A DNA stretch of 64,000 nt, taken from an uncultured Micromonosporaceae bacterium. Lineage in GTDB: Bacteria > Actinomycetota > Actinomycetes > Mycobacteriales > Micromonosporaceae. Shown in pieces: positions 1 through 9,296 of the stretch (position 1 is its first letter; every line of letters starts with the position of its first letter). The translations under genes and the position numbers were made by a program. The stretch lies in NCBI GenBank assembly GCA_966211315.1, contig CBIHNN010000013.1, forward strand, positions 19,225 through 83,224. Direction: 5' to 3'. The notes under the pieces were generated by a model, which was not told the DNA's origin, did no database searches, and saw only the letters and a list, made by a program, of their open reading frames with translations.

Positions 1-1
1 C

Positions 2-994
2 GAGTGCTTCAAGACGGACTTCGGCGAGCGCATTCCGACCGATGTGGTCTGGCACGACGGGTCCGATCCGCGGGGGATGCACAACTACTACACGTACCTT
101 TATAACAAGACGGTCTTCGACGTCCTTCACAGACGCAACGGCGAATCGGGTGCCATTGTGTTCGCGCGTTCGGCGACGGTTGGCGGTCAACGGTTCCCGG
201 TGCACTGGGGCGGCGACAACTCGTCGAGCTTCGAGTCGATGGCGGAGAGCCTTCGCGGTGGGCTCTCCCTTGGACTGTCCGGCTTCGGCTTCTGGAGCCA
301 TGACATCGGTGGTTTCGAGGGCACACCCGACCCTGCCGTGTTCAAGCGGTGGTTGGCGTTCGGACTGCTGTCCAGCCACAGCCGGCTGCACGGGAGTTCG
401 TCGTACCGGGTCCCGTGGCTGGTCGACGACGAGTCCGTCGAGGTAGCGCGCCGCTTCGTCCGGCTGAAGCACCGGCTTATGCCCTATCTGTATCAGGCTG
501 CCGTCACGGCGCACCAGGTGGGCACTCCGGTGATGCGGGCGATGTTGCTGGAGTTCCCCGAGGACCCCGCATGCACGTACCTCGACCGGCAGTACATGTT
601 CGGCCCGGATCTGCTGGTCGCCCCGGTGCTGTCCGCCGACGGCGTGATCGACTACTACGTACCGTCCGGACGATGGGTCTCCCTCCTGACCGGCGAGCCG
701 GTGCAGGGCCCGGGCTGGCGCCGCGAGACGCACGGATTCACCACGTTGCCGTTGCTGGTCCGTCCGGGTGCCGTGGTGCCCGTGGGCGCCCGCAACGACC
801 GTCCGGACTACGACTACGTGGACGGGCTCGCCATGCTGACGAACCGGCCGGTCCCGGGAACGGTGGTACATGTGCCCGATCTCCGTGGGGCGACCGCAGC
901 GACCTTCACCGTCACCGAGGACGGCCGAATCGACGGACCGGGCGGCGGCTGGAGTCATGTGGAACTGGAACCCGGGACCGTGCCGACGTGGTGA
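2..994 (+). CDS. glycoside hydrolase family 31 (alpha-xylosidase/alpha-glucosidase, YicI-like), C-terminal part; 5' end outside the window
   Basis: The frame is open from base 2. Translation begins ECFKTDFGERIPTDVVWHDG (GH31 nucleophile motif KTDFGE) and continues WGGDNSSSFESMAESLRGGLSLGLSGFGFWSHDIGGF. Codon position 3 is G/C-rich. Confidence 0.85.
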   Translation, partial: ECFKTDFGERIPTDVVWHDGSDPRGMHNYYTYLYNKTVFDVLHRRNGESGAIVFARSATVGGQRFPVHWGGDNSSSFESMAESLRGGLSLGLSGFGFWSHDIGGFEGTPDPAVFKRWLAFGLLSSHSRLHGSSSYRVPWLVDDESVEVARRFVRLKHRLMPYLYQAAVTAHQVGTPVMRAMLLEFPEDPACTYLDRQYMFGPDLLVAPVLSADGVIDYYVPSGRWVSLLTGEPVQGPGWRRETHGFTTLPLLVRPGAVVPVGARNDRPDYDYVDGLAMLTNRPVPGTVVHVPDLRGATAATFTVTEDGRIDGPGGGWSHVELEPGTVPTW

Positions 995-1207
995 ATCCGC
1001 CGTCGGGGACGCGTTTGCGGGGTGGCTGGCGCAACGTCGGGAGGGGGTGAGGAACTCGGGGATGGTCGCACCGGATGCACCCGCATGCTCCGCCGGTTGT
1101 AGGGGCGTCATTCGGCGTTTCCCGGGGTCGCCTATGGATCGCAAATGTTTCGGACTTTGTCGGCCCGATATTGAGCTATTTCATGGTCAATAGGGGATAT
1201 TGATCCG

Positions 1208-1237
1208 TTGACAGTGACCTTTATCACATGGCAGACT
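1208..1237 (+). promoter_or_regulatory. candidate promoter of the XylF-like ABC operon
   Basis: A perfect -35-like TTGACA (1208-1213) is followed 18 nt later by CAGACT (weak -10). This is the only AT-richer stretch upstream of the 1312 start, and an operator-like palindrome starts 10 nt downstream. Confidence 0.3.
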
Positions 1238-1246
1238 TAAACCGGC

Positions 1247-1270
1247 TCGAAACGTTTCCGAAAGTTTCGA
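1247..1270. promoter_or_regulatory. operator-like inverted repeat TCGAAAC-N10-GTTTCGA
   Basis: The sequence is TCGAAACGTTTCCGAAAGTTTCGA with perfect 7-bp inverted arms, 42 nt upstream of the SBP start codon. A near-identical copy (21/24 identical) lies at 51905-51928. Confidence 0.55.
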
Positions 1271-1311
1271 CCGGGGAAGTCCCGTGATCCGCCTCTACAC
1301 AAGGATCTGAG

Positions 1312-2385
1312 ATGACATTTGGGACGAAGAGGGCCACCCTCGCCTCTGTCGCGGCGGCGGGCCTCGTCGCGGCACTGCTGGCCGGATGCAACCGCGGTGA
1401 ATCGAGCAACCCCGCCGGATCGACGGGCCAGGCGGCCAAGCGGGCATGTGTGCTGCTGCCCGACGCGGAATCCTCGAACCGTTGGGAGAACGGCGACCGT
1501 CCGGCCCTGGCGAAGGCGTTCGCCGACCAGGGCGTGCAGGCCGACATTCAGAACGCCCAGAACGACACCGGCAAGTACGCCACCCTCGGCCAGCAGCAGC
1601 TCACCAAGGGCTGCTCGGTCATGCTGCTCGTCGACCTGAACAAGGCGGGAATTCAGGTGGCGGACAAGGCGAAGTCGCAGGGCGTCCCGGTGATCGCCTA
1701 CGACCGCCCCATCGCCGGCGCCGACTACTACGTGTCCTTCGACAACTTCCGTGTCGGTGAGCTCGAAGGGCAGATGATCGTCGACGGCCTCAAGGCCGCC
1801 GGTAAGGACCCGGCGACGGCGAAGGTCGTCTACGTCGGCGGTGACCCGACGGACGGCAACGCGAAGCAGTTCCACGACGGCGCTGACAAGGTCATGGCAG
1901 CGGCGGGCATCAAGCCGGCGTTCGAGACGCCGGGCAGCTGGGCCCCGGCCAAGGTCGGCACGTACTTCGAGCAGGCGTACACCGCGCTGCAGGGTCAGAT
2001 CGACGCGGTCTGGGTCGCGAACGACTTCAACGCGGCCGCGGTGATCTCGGTGCTGGACAAGAACGGCAAGAAGGTGCCGGTCTCCGGCCAGGACGCAAGC
2101 CCGCCTGCCCTACAGAACATCCTTCTCGGCAAGCAGGTCGCCACGGTCTACAAGCCGTTCCAGGTGGAGGCGCAAGCCACCGTGGAGCTGGCCATGAAGA
2201 TGATCAACGGCCAGAAGCCGACCGTCGACCAGAAGGCGGCTGACGGCACTCCGTTCCTCCCACAGACCCCGATCATCATCAAGGCCGACAACATGCAGAA
2301 GGTCTTCGATGACGGGAACGCCAAGGTCTCGGAGATCTGCACCGGAGAGGTCGCCGCCCTCTGCCAGAAGTACGGCATCAAGTAG
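1312..2385 (+). CDS. sugar ABC transporter substrate-binding lipoprotein (XylF-like, periplasmic binding protein type I)
   Basis: Lipoprotein signal AAAGLVAALLAGCN. The body (ACVLLPDAESSNRWENGDRP...VIAYDRPI...YYVSFDNFRVGELEG) is typical of xylose/ribose-type binding proteins. Followed by ATPase and permease genes. Confidence 0.9.
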   Translation: MTFGTKRATLASVAAAGLVAALLAGCNRGESSNPAGSTGQAAKRACVLLPDAESSNRWENGDRPALAKAFADQGVQADIQNAQNDTGKYATLGQQQLTKGCSVMLLVDLNKAGIQVADKAKSQGVPVIAYDRPIAGADYYVSFDNFRVGELEGQMIVDGLKAAGKDPATAKVVYVGGDPTDGNAKQFHDGADKVMAAAGIKPAFETPGSWAPAKVGTYFEQAYTALQGQIDAVWVANDFNAAAVISVLDKNGKKVPVSGQDASPPALQNILLGKQVATVYKPFQVEAQATVELAMKMINGQKPTVDQKAADGTPFLPQTPIIIKADNMQKVFDDGNAKVSEICTGEVAALCQKYGIK

Positions 2386-2414
2386 GCCGTAGGTGCCATT
2401 GTCGCCGTCGATCG

Positions 2415-2450
2415 CGGTGGCCATGTGGTCGAGCCGCCGCATGGCCACCG
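2415..2450 (+). promoter_or_regulatory. intercistronic stem-loop between the SBP and ATPase genes
   Basis: CGGTGGCCATG (2415-2425) and CATGGCCACCG (2440-2450) form a perfect 11-bp inverted repeat with a 14-nt loop, 30 nt after the SBP stop. Confidence 0.45.
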
Positions 2451-2526
2451 TCCTCGCGCAGACGCACCCCACAGACCCGTCCCGCCCGCGGGTCGCCGCC
2501 CTGGTGACAGTAGGCAAGGAGTAGAC

Positions 2527-3291
2527 GTGGAAACCCCGATCATCGAGCTGAAGAACATCCGTAAGAGCTTCGGCCCTGTCGACGTGCTCAAGGGCGTGGA
2601 CATGCGGGTCTATCCGGGCAAGGCCTCCGCGCTCGTCGGCGACAACGGCGCCGGTAAATCGACCTTGATCAAAGGGCTGTCCGGGGCCCAGCCGTACGAC
2701 TCCGGCGACGTCTCCTTCGAAGGGGAGTCCGTCACCCTCGCATCACCACGCGACGCGTCCCGCAACGGTATCGAGGTCGTCTACCAGGACCTCGCGCTCT
2801 GCGAGAACCTCGACATCGTCCAGAACATGTTCCTGGGCCGCGAGGAAACCCATCATGCGATGCTCAACCAGTCGGAGATGGAGAAGCACGCCACTGCGAC
2901 GTTGCAGTCGCTCTCGGTCCGCACGATGAAGTCCGTACGGCAGAAGGTCTCCTCCCTGTCCGGGGGGCAGCGACAGACCGTGGCGATCGCCCGGGCGGTG
3001 CTGCAGAAGGCGAAGGTGGTCATCCTCGACGAGCCCACGGCGGCGCTCGGCGTCGCACAGACCGAACAGGTGCTGGCACTCGTCCGGCGCCTGGCCGACT
3101 CCGGTGTCGCCGTCGTCATCATCAGCCACAACCTCGCTGACGTGTTCAAGGTTTGCGACTACATCAATGTGCTGTATCTCGGCACAATGGTCGCCCAGCT
3201 GAAGACGAGCGAGACCAAGTACAACGACGTCGTCGGCTACATCACCGGTATCAAGACCGATGACAAGGACCTCGAGGAGGTGGTCTCGTGA
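2527..3291 (+). CDS. sugar ABC transporter ATP-binding protein (single NBD)
   Basis: GTG start at 2527 preceded by GCAAGGAG. Walker A GDNGAGKST, signature LSGGQRQ, Walker B VVILDEPTAALG, H-loop IISHNL. I trimmed the annotated ORF from 2425. Confidence 0.9.
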   Translation: METPIIELKNIRKSFGPVDVLKGVDMRVYPGKASALVGDNGAGKSTLIKGLSGAQPYDSGDVSFEGESVTLASPRDASRNGIEVVYQDLALCENLDIVQNMFLGREETHHAMLNQSEMEKHATATLQSLSVRTMKSVRQKVSSLSGGQRQTVAIARAVLQKAKVVILDEPTAALGVAQTEQVLALVRRLADSGVAVVIISHNLADVFKVCDYINVLYLGTMVAQLKTSETKYNDVVGYITGIKTDDKDLEEVVS

Positions 3292-4589
3292 CCACGGCCT
3301 CCGACAAGTCGACGAACCCGTCGACGAACCGGGCCGCCGCGACGATAGCCGCGTCCACCCCCACGATCGCGACCGGGCACGAGGGCACGATCCGGGACCA
3401 GTGGGACAGCTACCTCCAGCGGATCCGCGGCGGCGAGATGGGCATGCTGCCCGCGCTCGCCGGGTTGGTGATCATCAGCGTCCTGTTCTACGTGCTGACC
3501 CCGTACTTCTTCACCAAGACCAATATCGCCAACCTGATGACCCAGACCGCGGCGCTGATGATGCTCGCGATGGCGCTGACCTTCGTGATCATCCTCGCTG
3601 AGATCGATCTCTCGGCCGGTGTCACCGGTGGTCTGGGAATGGCGGTCTTCATCCTGCTCACGAACGTCACACGGTGGAACTGGGTTTCCGCGCTGCTCGT
3701 CGCGTTTCTGGTGGGCATGGCGATCGGCTCGTTCATCGGCTTCTTCGTCGCGAGGATCGGCATTCCGTCGTTCGTCGTCACCCTCGGCCTGTTCCTGGGT
3801 CTGCAGGGCCTGAACCTGGTTCTGCTGGGCAATGCCGGGGCCTACCGCATCGAATCGCCGGCGGTCAGGGCCATCATGAACAGGTCGATGCCGGTCTGGG
3901 CCGGCTGGGTCATGCTCGCCGTGGTCGTCGGGGTATCACTGGTCACCGGGCTCTACGATCGCTCACGGCGACTCGCCAGCGGCATGCCGGTACGGCCGAT
4001 CAGTCTGCTGTGGATGCGCGTCGCCCTATGGGTCGTCGGCGGCGGGCTCGTCGTCTTCCTGCTCAGCCAGAACCGGTCGACGAGTGTGATACCCATCGAG
4101 GGCGTCCCGATCGTGGTGCCCATCGCGCTCATCATCCTCTGGCTCGGTACGGTCATGCTCGACCGCACGCGTTTCGGCCTGCACCTCTACGCGGTCGGCG
4201 GCAATCCTGAGGGCAGCAGGCGTGCCGGCATCAACGTGTCGCGGTTGCGGATGGCCGCCTTCATCCTGTGCTCCACCCTCGCCGTCGTCTCCGGCCTCTT
4301 CTCAGCGAGCCAGACGGGCACGGTCGAGTCCTCTGCCGGACGGGACATCGTGTTGTCCGGAGTCGCGGCCGCCGTCGTGGGTGGTGTCAGCCTCTTCGGC
4401 GGTCGCGGCCGTCTGGCTCAGGCCGCAATCGGGGCGCTGCTCATCTCGATGATCACGAACGGGCTCGGCCTCCTCGGCCTCTCCGCGGGTGTCACGCTGC
4501 TCGTCACCGGTGGAGTCCTGGTCCTCGCCGCCACGGTCGACGCGCTGTCGCGGCGGCGTGCTGGAGCTACGTCCCTGGCACGGACGTAG
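3288..4589 (+). CDS. sugar ABC transporter permease (XylH-like)
   Basis: GTGA start/stop overlap with the ATPase gene. About 10 hydrophobic segments. C-terminal motifs RFGLHLYAVGGNPEGSRRAGINV are typical of the ribose/xylose permease family. Confidence 0.9.
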   Translation: MTTASDKSTNPSTNRAAATIAASTPTIATGHEGTIRDQWDSYLQRIRGGEMGMLPALAGLVIISVLFYVLTPYFFTKTNIANLMTQTAALMMLAMALTFVIILAEIDLSAGVTGGLGMAVFILLTNVTRWNWVSALLVAFLVGMAIGSFIGFFVARIGIPSFVVTLGLFLGLQGLNLVLLGNAGAYRIESPAVRAIMNRSMPVWAGWVMLAVVVGVSLVTGLYDRSRRLASGMPVRPISLLWMRVALWVVGGGLVVFLLSQNRSTSVIPIEGVPIVVPIALIILWLGTVMLDRTRFGLHLYAVGGNPEGSRRAGINVSRLRMAAFILCSTLAVVSGLFSASQTGTVESSAGRDIVLSGVAAAVVGGVSLFGGRGRLAQAAIGALLISMITNGLGLLGLSAGVTLLVTGGVLVLAATVDALSRRRAGATSLART

Positions 4590-4622
4590 GCCGGTTCACA
4601 ACGCTCCTCCATGCACATCGAC

Positions 4623-4648
4623 GGCGGGTCGCTCGGAGGCGACCCGCC
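4623..4648 (+). terminator. stem-loop downstream of the permease gene (terminator-like, no U tract)
   Basis: GGCGGGTCGC-tcggag-GCGACCCGCC is a perfect 10-bp stem with a 6-nt loop, 34 nt after the stop at 4589. Confidence 0.5.
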
Positions 4649-4687
4649 CCATCCGCCGATCTGATCGAGCCAGGAGCTCAGCCGGTG

Positions 4688-6253
4688 ATGACTCCAGGGG
4701 GCCCCGGTCGAGACGAACACGTTGACGGCCCGTGGCGGGAGCGGGAGATCGAGCTCAGGGCCGCCAGGACGTACCCGAATCCCTACATCGACGTCGAGGT
4801 CTGGGCCGAGTTCACCGACGAGTCCGGGGCCGTGCTCCGCAGGGCGGCCTTCTGGGACGGCGGCCGAAGCTGGGGCGTGCGGTTCGCGCCGCCGCGACCC
4901 GGTGTCTGGACCTGGCGCAGCTTCAGCTCCACCGGTGACCCCGGTCTGACCGGCGTCACCGGCGAGGTGACCGTCGTCGAGGCTCGTCCCTCCGATCATG
5001 TGTTCCACGAGCACGGGTTCTGGCGGATGTCCCGCAACGGCCGGAACCTGGTCCACGCCGACGGCACCCCGGCCATTCTCGTGGGGGACACCGCTTGGGC
5101 GCTGCCCTGGCGCGCCACCGTGGAGCAGGTCGAGGTGTATGCGTCCGACCGTCAGGCGAAGGGATTCAACGCGGCCCTGCTGATGAGTGTCCAACCGGAT
5201 ATGAAGGCAACCGGGCCGCGCGACCGCCAGGCCGACAACGGCTTCGACATCGGTTTCGAGGATCTGTCCGAGGGACGCCTCAACCGTCCCAACGTGGCGT
5301 ACTTCCGCTATCTCGACCGCCTGCTCGGCATTCTGGTCGCGCACGAGATCGTCCCGGTGTTGTCCCCGGTCTTCCAGGGATTCGGCTGGAAAGGTCTGGA
5401 CACTGCCGGCACGGTGGTGCCACCCGAGGAATACGCCCGCTACTGCCGCTACCTGGTCGCGCGGTACGGGGCCCGCCCGGCGATGTACATCGTCGGAGCC
5501 GACGGCGCCGGTGACGAGCCGCAGGCGCGGGCCGGTGGCGCGGAGATCCACGCCTGGGACTGTTACGGCCAGCCCACCGGCATCCACTACCGGCCGCACG
5601 CCGTCGCCGACCGCTTCCAGGCGGCGCCGTGGCTGGACTTCCAGTCCTGCCAGACCGGTCACGAGGGTGAGCACGTCGCGGAGCGGGTCGCCGACATGTG
5701 GCGGAACCGGCCGGTCAAGGGTGTTCTCAACGGCGAGCCGACCTACGAACACAGCGGACGGCGGGGCAAGGGCGCCGGATGGTGGCAAGGACACGAAGCC
5801 TGGAGCAACCTCTGCGCCGGCGGAACCCTCGGCGTGGTGTACGGCGCCGCGAGCCTCTGGCAGTGGCGGCTGCACCCTGCGGAACCCGGCCACGCGTCGT
5901 ACTTCCTGGCCGACGACGCGGGCTGGCGCGAGGCGCTCGACTTCGAAGGCTCGACGTACGTCGGCCTCGTCGCGAAGATCTTCTCCGGCCTTCCGTTCCT
6001 GGACATGGAACCCGGCTGGCGGGAGGCGATCGCGATGCGCGCGCTGCTCGTTCCCGGACGGTTCCTTCTGTGTTACCGCGAGCACGGTGGCGACGTGCCG
6101 GTCTTCGGCGACGACGTTCCGCTTGACTACCGCGTACTGGATCCCCGAACCGGGAGGGTCGTCACCGAAGGCGTTCGCCGCGGCCCGGGCGATTCGATCC
6201 CCGACGCGGGCGGCGAGCCGCGGCTGTACATCTGCGTGGGACGCGGACCGTGA
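4688..6253 (+). CDS. DUF5060/DUF4038-type glycoside hydrolase (GH140-like)
   Basis: Starts MTPGGPGRDEHV. The N-terminal beta-sandwich-like segment (YPNPYIDVEVWAEFTDESG...WDGG..WGVRFAP..PGVWTW) is followed by GDTAWALPWRAT...KGFNAALLMSVQPD, as in DUF4038 proteins. The upstream part of the 661-aa ORF overlaps the permease gene and looks non-coding. Confidence 0.7.
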   Translation: MTPGGPGRDEHVDGPWREREIELRAARTYPNPYIDVEVWAEFTDESGAVLRRAAFWDGGRSWGVRFAPPRPGVWTWRSFSSTGDPGLTGVTGEVTVVEARPSDHVFHEHGFWRMSRNGRNLVHADGTPAILVGDTAWALPWRATVEQVEVYASDRQAKGFNAALLMSVQPDMKATGPRDRQADNGFDIGFEDLSEGRLNRPNVAYFRYLDRLLGILVAHEIVPVLSPVFQGFGWKGLDTAGTVVPPEEYARYCRYLVARYGARPAMYIVGADGAGDEPQARAGGAEIHAWDCYGQPTGIHYRPHAVADRFQAAPWLDFQSCQTGHEGEHVAERVADMWRNRPVKGVLNGEPTYEHSGRRGKGAGWWQGHEAWSNLCAGGTLGVVYGAASLWQWRLHPAEPGHASYFLADDAGWREALDFEGSTYVGLVAKIFSGLPFLDMEPGWREAIAMRALLVPGRFLLCYREHGGDVPVFGDDVPLDYRVLDPRTGRVVTEGVRRGPGDSIPDAGGEPRLYICVGRGP

Positions 6254-6341
6254 GGATCGCCCAGCACGGCCGCCCGGCGCCGCCGGATCTGGACGCCGCC
6301 GGCCCACAGCGCCACCGCCGGTTCACCGGGAGCCATGATCA

Positions 6342-7355
6342 TCAGGTCCGGGGGCGGACGACTGCCTTCACCGCTCGTTCGTCGCGTCGGCCCGCGGTCA
6401 GGGCTTCCTCGACTTGATCGAGCCGATACCGTCCGGTGACGAGACGGTCGAGCTCGACCCTGCCGGACGCGACAAGGTCGATCGCGGTGGGCCAGGTGTT
6501 CGCGTAGCGGAACGTGCCGGTGACCTCAAGTTCTCTCTCCTGGACAACGGGGAGCGGCAGCGGGATCTCGTCGCCGCCCATACCGACAAGAACGGCGCGC
6601 CCGGCACGGTCGAGCGCACGGATCGCCTCACCGATCGCCGGTGGGTGACCGGAACATTCGATGAGGACCTGCGGCGGCCTGTCGAGCGTTGTGACGGTGC
6701 GCTCCCGCGCATCGATGACCTCCGTCGCGCCCAGTTCCCGAGCGAGGGCGAGCCGGGACGGGTTGACGTCGGATACCACGACGTCGGTGGCGCCGAAGGC
6801 GACGGCGACCTGAACGCTGACGAGCCCGATCGCTCCCGCACCGGTGATGAGGACACGACTGCCCCCACTCACGCGGCCTTTGCGGCAGGCCCAGACGCCG
6901 ACCGACAGCGGCTCCAGCAGTGCGGCCGCGTCGTCGCTGATGCTGTCGGGCACCGGATGGGCGAATGCCTCGTGTACGGCGACGTATTCCGCGAACGCCC
7001 CGTCGATGGGCGGAGTCGCGAAGAAGCGCATGCGGGGGCACAGGTTGTATCGCCCGGCAAGGCATTGGTCGCAGGTGAAGTCCGGCACTCCCGGCTCTAT
7101 GGACACGCGCTGCCCCGTGGTCAGGCGAGTGACGCCGGGTCCGAGTTCCGTCACCGTGCCGGAGGCCTCGTGTCCCAGGATCAACGGAGTCTCGACGATG
7201 AAATGTCCGATTCTGCCGTGATCGTAATAGTGGGTGTCGGACCCACAGACTCCCACGGACTCGACGCGGACGACGATCTGCCCCGGCCCGGGTTCCGGTG
7301 TCGGTCGCTCCGCGACGACGAGGTCCTTCGGACCGTTCAGGACAGCGGCTCTCAT
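6342..7355 (-). CDS. zinc-dependent sorbitol/xylitol (polyol) dehydrogenase, MDR family
   Basis: MRAAVLNGPKDLVV...VGVCGSDTHYY...GHEASGTV (GHE zinc motif) and GAGAIGL Rossmann motif. RBS GGGAGA precedes the ATG at 7355. I trimmed the remainder of the 606-aa ORF, which is a read-through into the upstream permease gene. Confidence 0.9.
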   Translation of the reverse strand: MRAAVLNGPKDLVVAERPTPEPGPGQIVVRVESVGVCGSDTHYYDHGRIGHFIVETPLILGHEASGTVTELGPGVTRLTTGQRVSIEPGVPDFTCDQCLAGRYNLCPRMRFFATPPIDGAFAEYVAVHEAFAHPVPDSISDDAAALLEPLSVGVWACRKGRVSGGSRVLITGAGAIGLVSVQVAVAFGATDVVVSDVNPSRLALARELGATEVIDARERTVTTLDRPPQVLIECSGHPPAIGEAIRALDRAGRAVLVGMGGDEIPLPLPVVQERELEVTGTFRYANTWPTAIDLVASGRVELDRLVTGRYRLDQVEEALTAGRRDERAVKAVVRPRT

Positions 7356-7417
7356 CCGTTCTCCCAGGAAACTCTCGACGTGGCAGCGGCAGGCTGGTAG
7401 GCCGCAGCGCTTACGGC

Positions 7418-8305
7418 TTACTTGACGGATCCCAGGGACAGGCCCTGGACGAGCTTGTCCTGGGCGGCGAAGCCCGCCACGAGCACGGGCAGCGAGACGA
7501 CGAACGCCGCCGCGCAGAGCTGGGCCAGGAACAGGCCCTGGCTGGTGACGAAGCCGGTCAGGAAGACCGGTGCGGTCTCCGCCACGGTGGCGGTGAGGAC
7601 CCGGGCGAAGAGCAGCTCGTTCCAGCTGAAGATGAAGCAGATCAGCGCGGTGGCGGCGATCCCGGGCATGACGACGGGCGCGATGATCGAGCGCAGCGTC
7701 CTGGACAGGTTCGCGCCGTCCACGCTGGCCGCCTCCAGCATCTCCACCGGGACCTCGACCAGGAAGGAGCGCATCATCCAGACGGCGATCGGCAGGTTCA
7801 TCGAGGTGTAGAAGAGGATCAGCAGCCAGATGTTGTCGAGCAGGCCGGCGTACTGTGCGAACAGGTAGAGCGGAAGCAGGCCGGCGACGACCGGCAGCAT
7901 CTTGGTGGAGAGGAAGAAGAACATGACATCCGTCCACTTCCTCACCGGCCTGATCGACAGCGCGTACGCGGCCGGGATCGCCAGGAGCAGTACCAGGACC
8001 GTGGAGATGACGCTGGCGGTCAGCGAATTCAGCAGCGGCGGCCACGGGCTGGCGCCGCCGGTGAAGAACTCCCCGTAGCCCTCGAGGGTGAGCGGGGCGA
8101 ACAGCGCCGGCGGGTTCGTCGCGGCGTCGGCCTCGCTGTGGAACGAGGTCAGCACCATCCACACCACGGGTAGGACGAACAGGATGCCGACCACCCAGGC
8201 GGCGAGGGAGAGCAGTGGACCGCTGCGGGGCTTGCGGGGTCGACGGGGTTCGCCGGACTCGGTGCGGGTCGCCGGGATGGGACCGGTGTCAGTGATCGAC
8301 GTCAT
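7418..8305 (-). CDS. carbohydrate ABC transporter permease (CUT1, MalG/SmoG-like)
   Basis: Six TM segments. EAA-like loop EAASVDGANLSRTLRSIIAPV. ATGA overlap with the upstream permease gene at 8302-8305. Confidence 0.9.
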   Translation of the reverse strand: MTSITDTGPIPATRTESGEPRRPRKPRSGPLLSLAAWVVGILFVLPVVWMVLTSFHSEADAATNPPALFAPLTLEGYGEFFTGGASPWPPLLNSLTASVISTVLVLLLAIPAAYALSIRPVRKWTDVMFFFLSTKMLPVVAGLLPLYLFAQYAGLLDNIWLLILFYTSMNLPIAVWMMRSFLVEVPVEMLEAASVDGANLSRTLRSIIAPVVMPGIAATALICFIFSWNELLFARVLTATVAETAPVFLTGFVTSQGLFLAQLCAAAFVVSLPVLVAGFAAQDKLVQGLSLGSVK

Positions 8306-9267
8306 CGACCTGTCTCCTGTTTGAAGAGGGTGGACACCGTCCGCAGCGCGAACGTGGCGATGATGATGGTGCCGATGACGACCACGACGGCGGCGGCGGA
8401 CGCCCGGCCGTAGTCGTGGGCGTTGTAGAACGTCTGGTAGATCGCGTACGGCAGGTTCGCGGTGCCGAGGCCGCCGGACGTGATGGTGAAGACGGCGTCG
8501 AAGTTCTGCACCACGTAGATGGCGCCGAGCAGGCCGCCCAGTTCGATGTACTGGCGCAGGTGCGGCAACGTCATGTTGGTGAAGATCTGCCACGTCGACG
8601 CGCCGTCGATGCGGGCGGCCTCGACGACGTCCAGCGGGCGGCTCTGCAGCCCGGCGAGCAGGATCAGCATCATGAACGGCGTCCACTGCCAGACCAGGGC
8701 GATGACCACCGCGGGCAGCGGCATCGAGCTGATCCAGTCGGGCTGCGGCGGGTCCGCCCCGAAGATGCCCCAGATCCAGGTGAGCATGCCGTTGAGGAGG
8801 CCGTACTCCGGGTTGTAGAGGGCGTGCTTCCAGAGCAGGGCGGCTGCGACGGGCACGACCAGGAACGGGGCGATCATCATCGTGCGGACCGCGCCGCGGC
8901 CGCGGAACTTGCGGTCCAGCAGCAGCGCGATGCCGAGGCCGAGCAGCAGACTGATGATGACCACGGACGCCGTGAGCAGGATGGTGGTCCACACCGCGTC
9001 GCGCATGTTGACGTCGGTCAGGACCCGCTGGAAGTTGTCGAAGCCGGCGAAGCCGATCTCGTCGGGGTAGTAGGCGTTCCAGTTCATGAACGAGATGACC
9101 AGGGTCGCCACGAACGGCAGCTGGGTCACCACGATCATGAAGACCAGCGCGGGCAGCAGCGGCGCCCGGCGCGCCCATCCCGCGGTCCGTCGGACGACTC
9201 CAGGTGGCCGTGGAGGCGGGGTCGTCGCGGTCTGGCCCTTGTCGGTGCTGTCCACCGCGAGAGTCAT
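8302..9267 (-). CDS. carbohydrate ABC transporter permease (CUT1, MalF/SmoF-like)
   Basis: Multiple TM segments. EAA loop EAARIDGASTWQIFTNMTLPHL. Confidence 0.9.
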   Translation of the reverse strand: MTLAVDSTDKGQTATTPPPRPPGVVRRTAGWARRAPLLPALVFMIVVTQLPFVATLVISFMNWNAYYPDEIGFAGFDNFQRVLTDVNMRDAVWTTILLTASVVIISLLLGLGIALLLDRKFRGRGAVRTMMIAPFLVVPVAAALLWKHALYNPEYGLLNGMLTWIWGIFGADPPQPDWISSMPLPAVVIALVWQWTPFMMLILLAGLQSRPLDVVEAARIDGASTWQIFTNMTLPHLRQYIELGGLLGAIYVVQNFDAVFTITSGGLGTANLPYAIYQTFYNAHDYGRASAAAVVVVIGTIIIATFALRTVSTLFKQETGR

Positions 9268-9296
9268 GGGAGTCTCTCCTTTTCGGAAGGCCGCGG

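Noticed and set aside
4418-6307. 629-aa ORF on the minus strand
   Set aside because: It is antisense to the DUF4038 glycosidase and the permease end. The composition is low-complexity Arg/Pro/Gly and I recognised no family.
7356-8162. N-terminal 269 aa of the 606-aa ORF (and likewise 8306-9373 of the 651-aa ORF)
   Set aside because: These are read-through of an open frame into the upstream permease genes. The recognisable protein begins at an internal ATG with its own RBS, so I trimmed the features.
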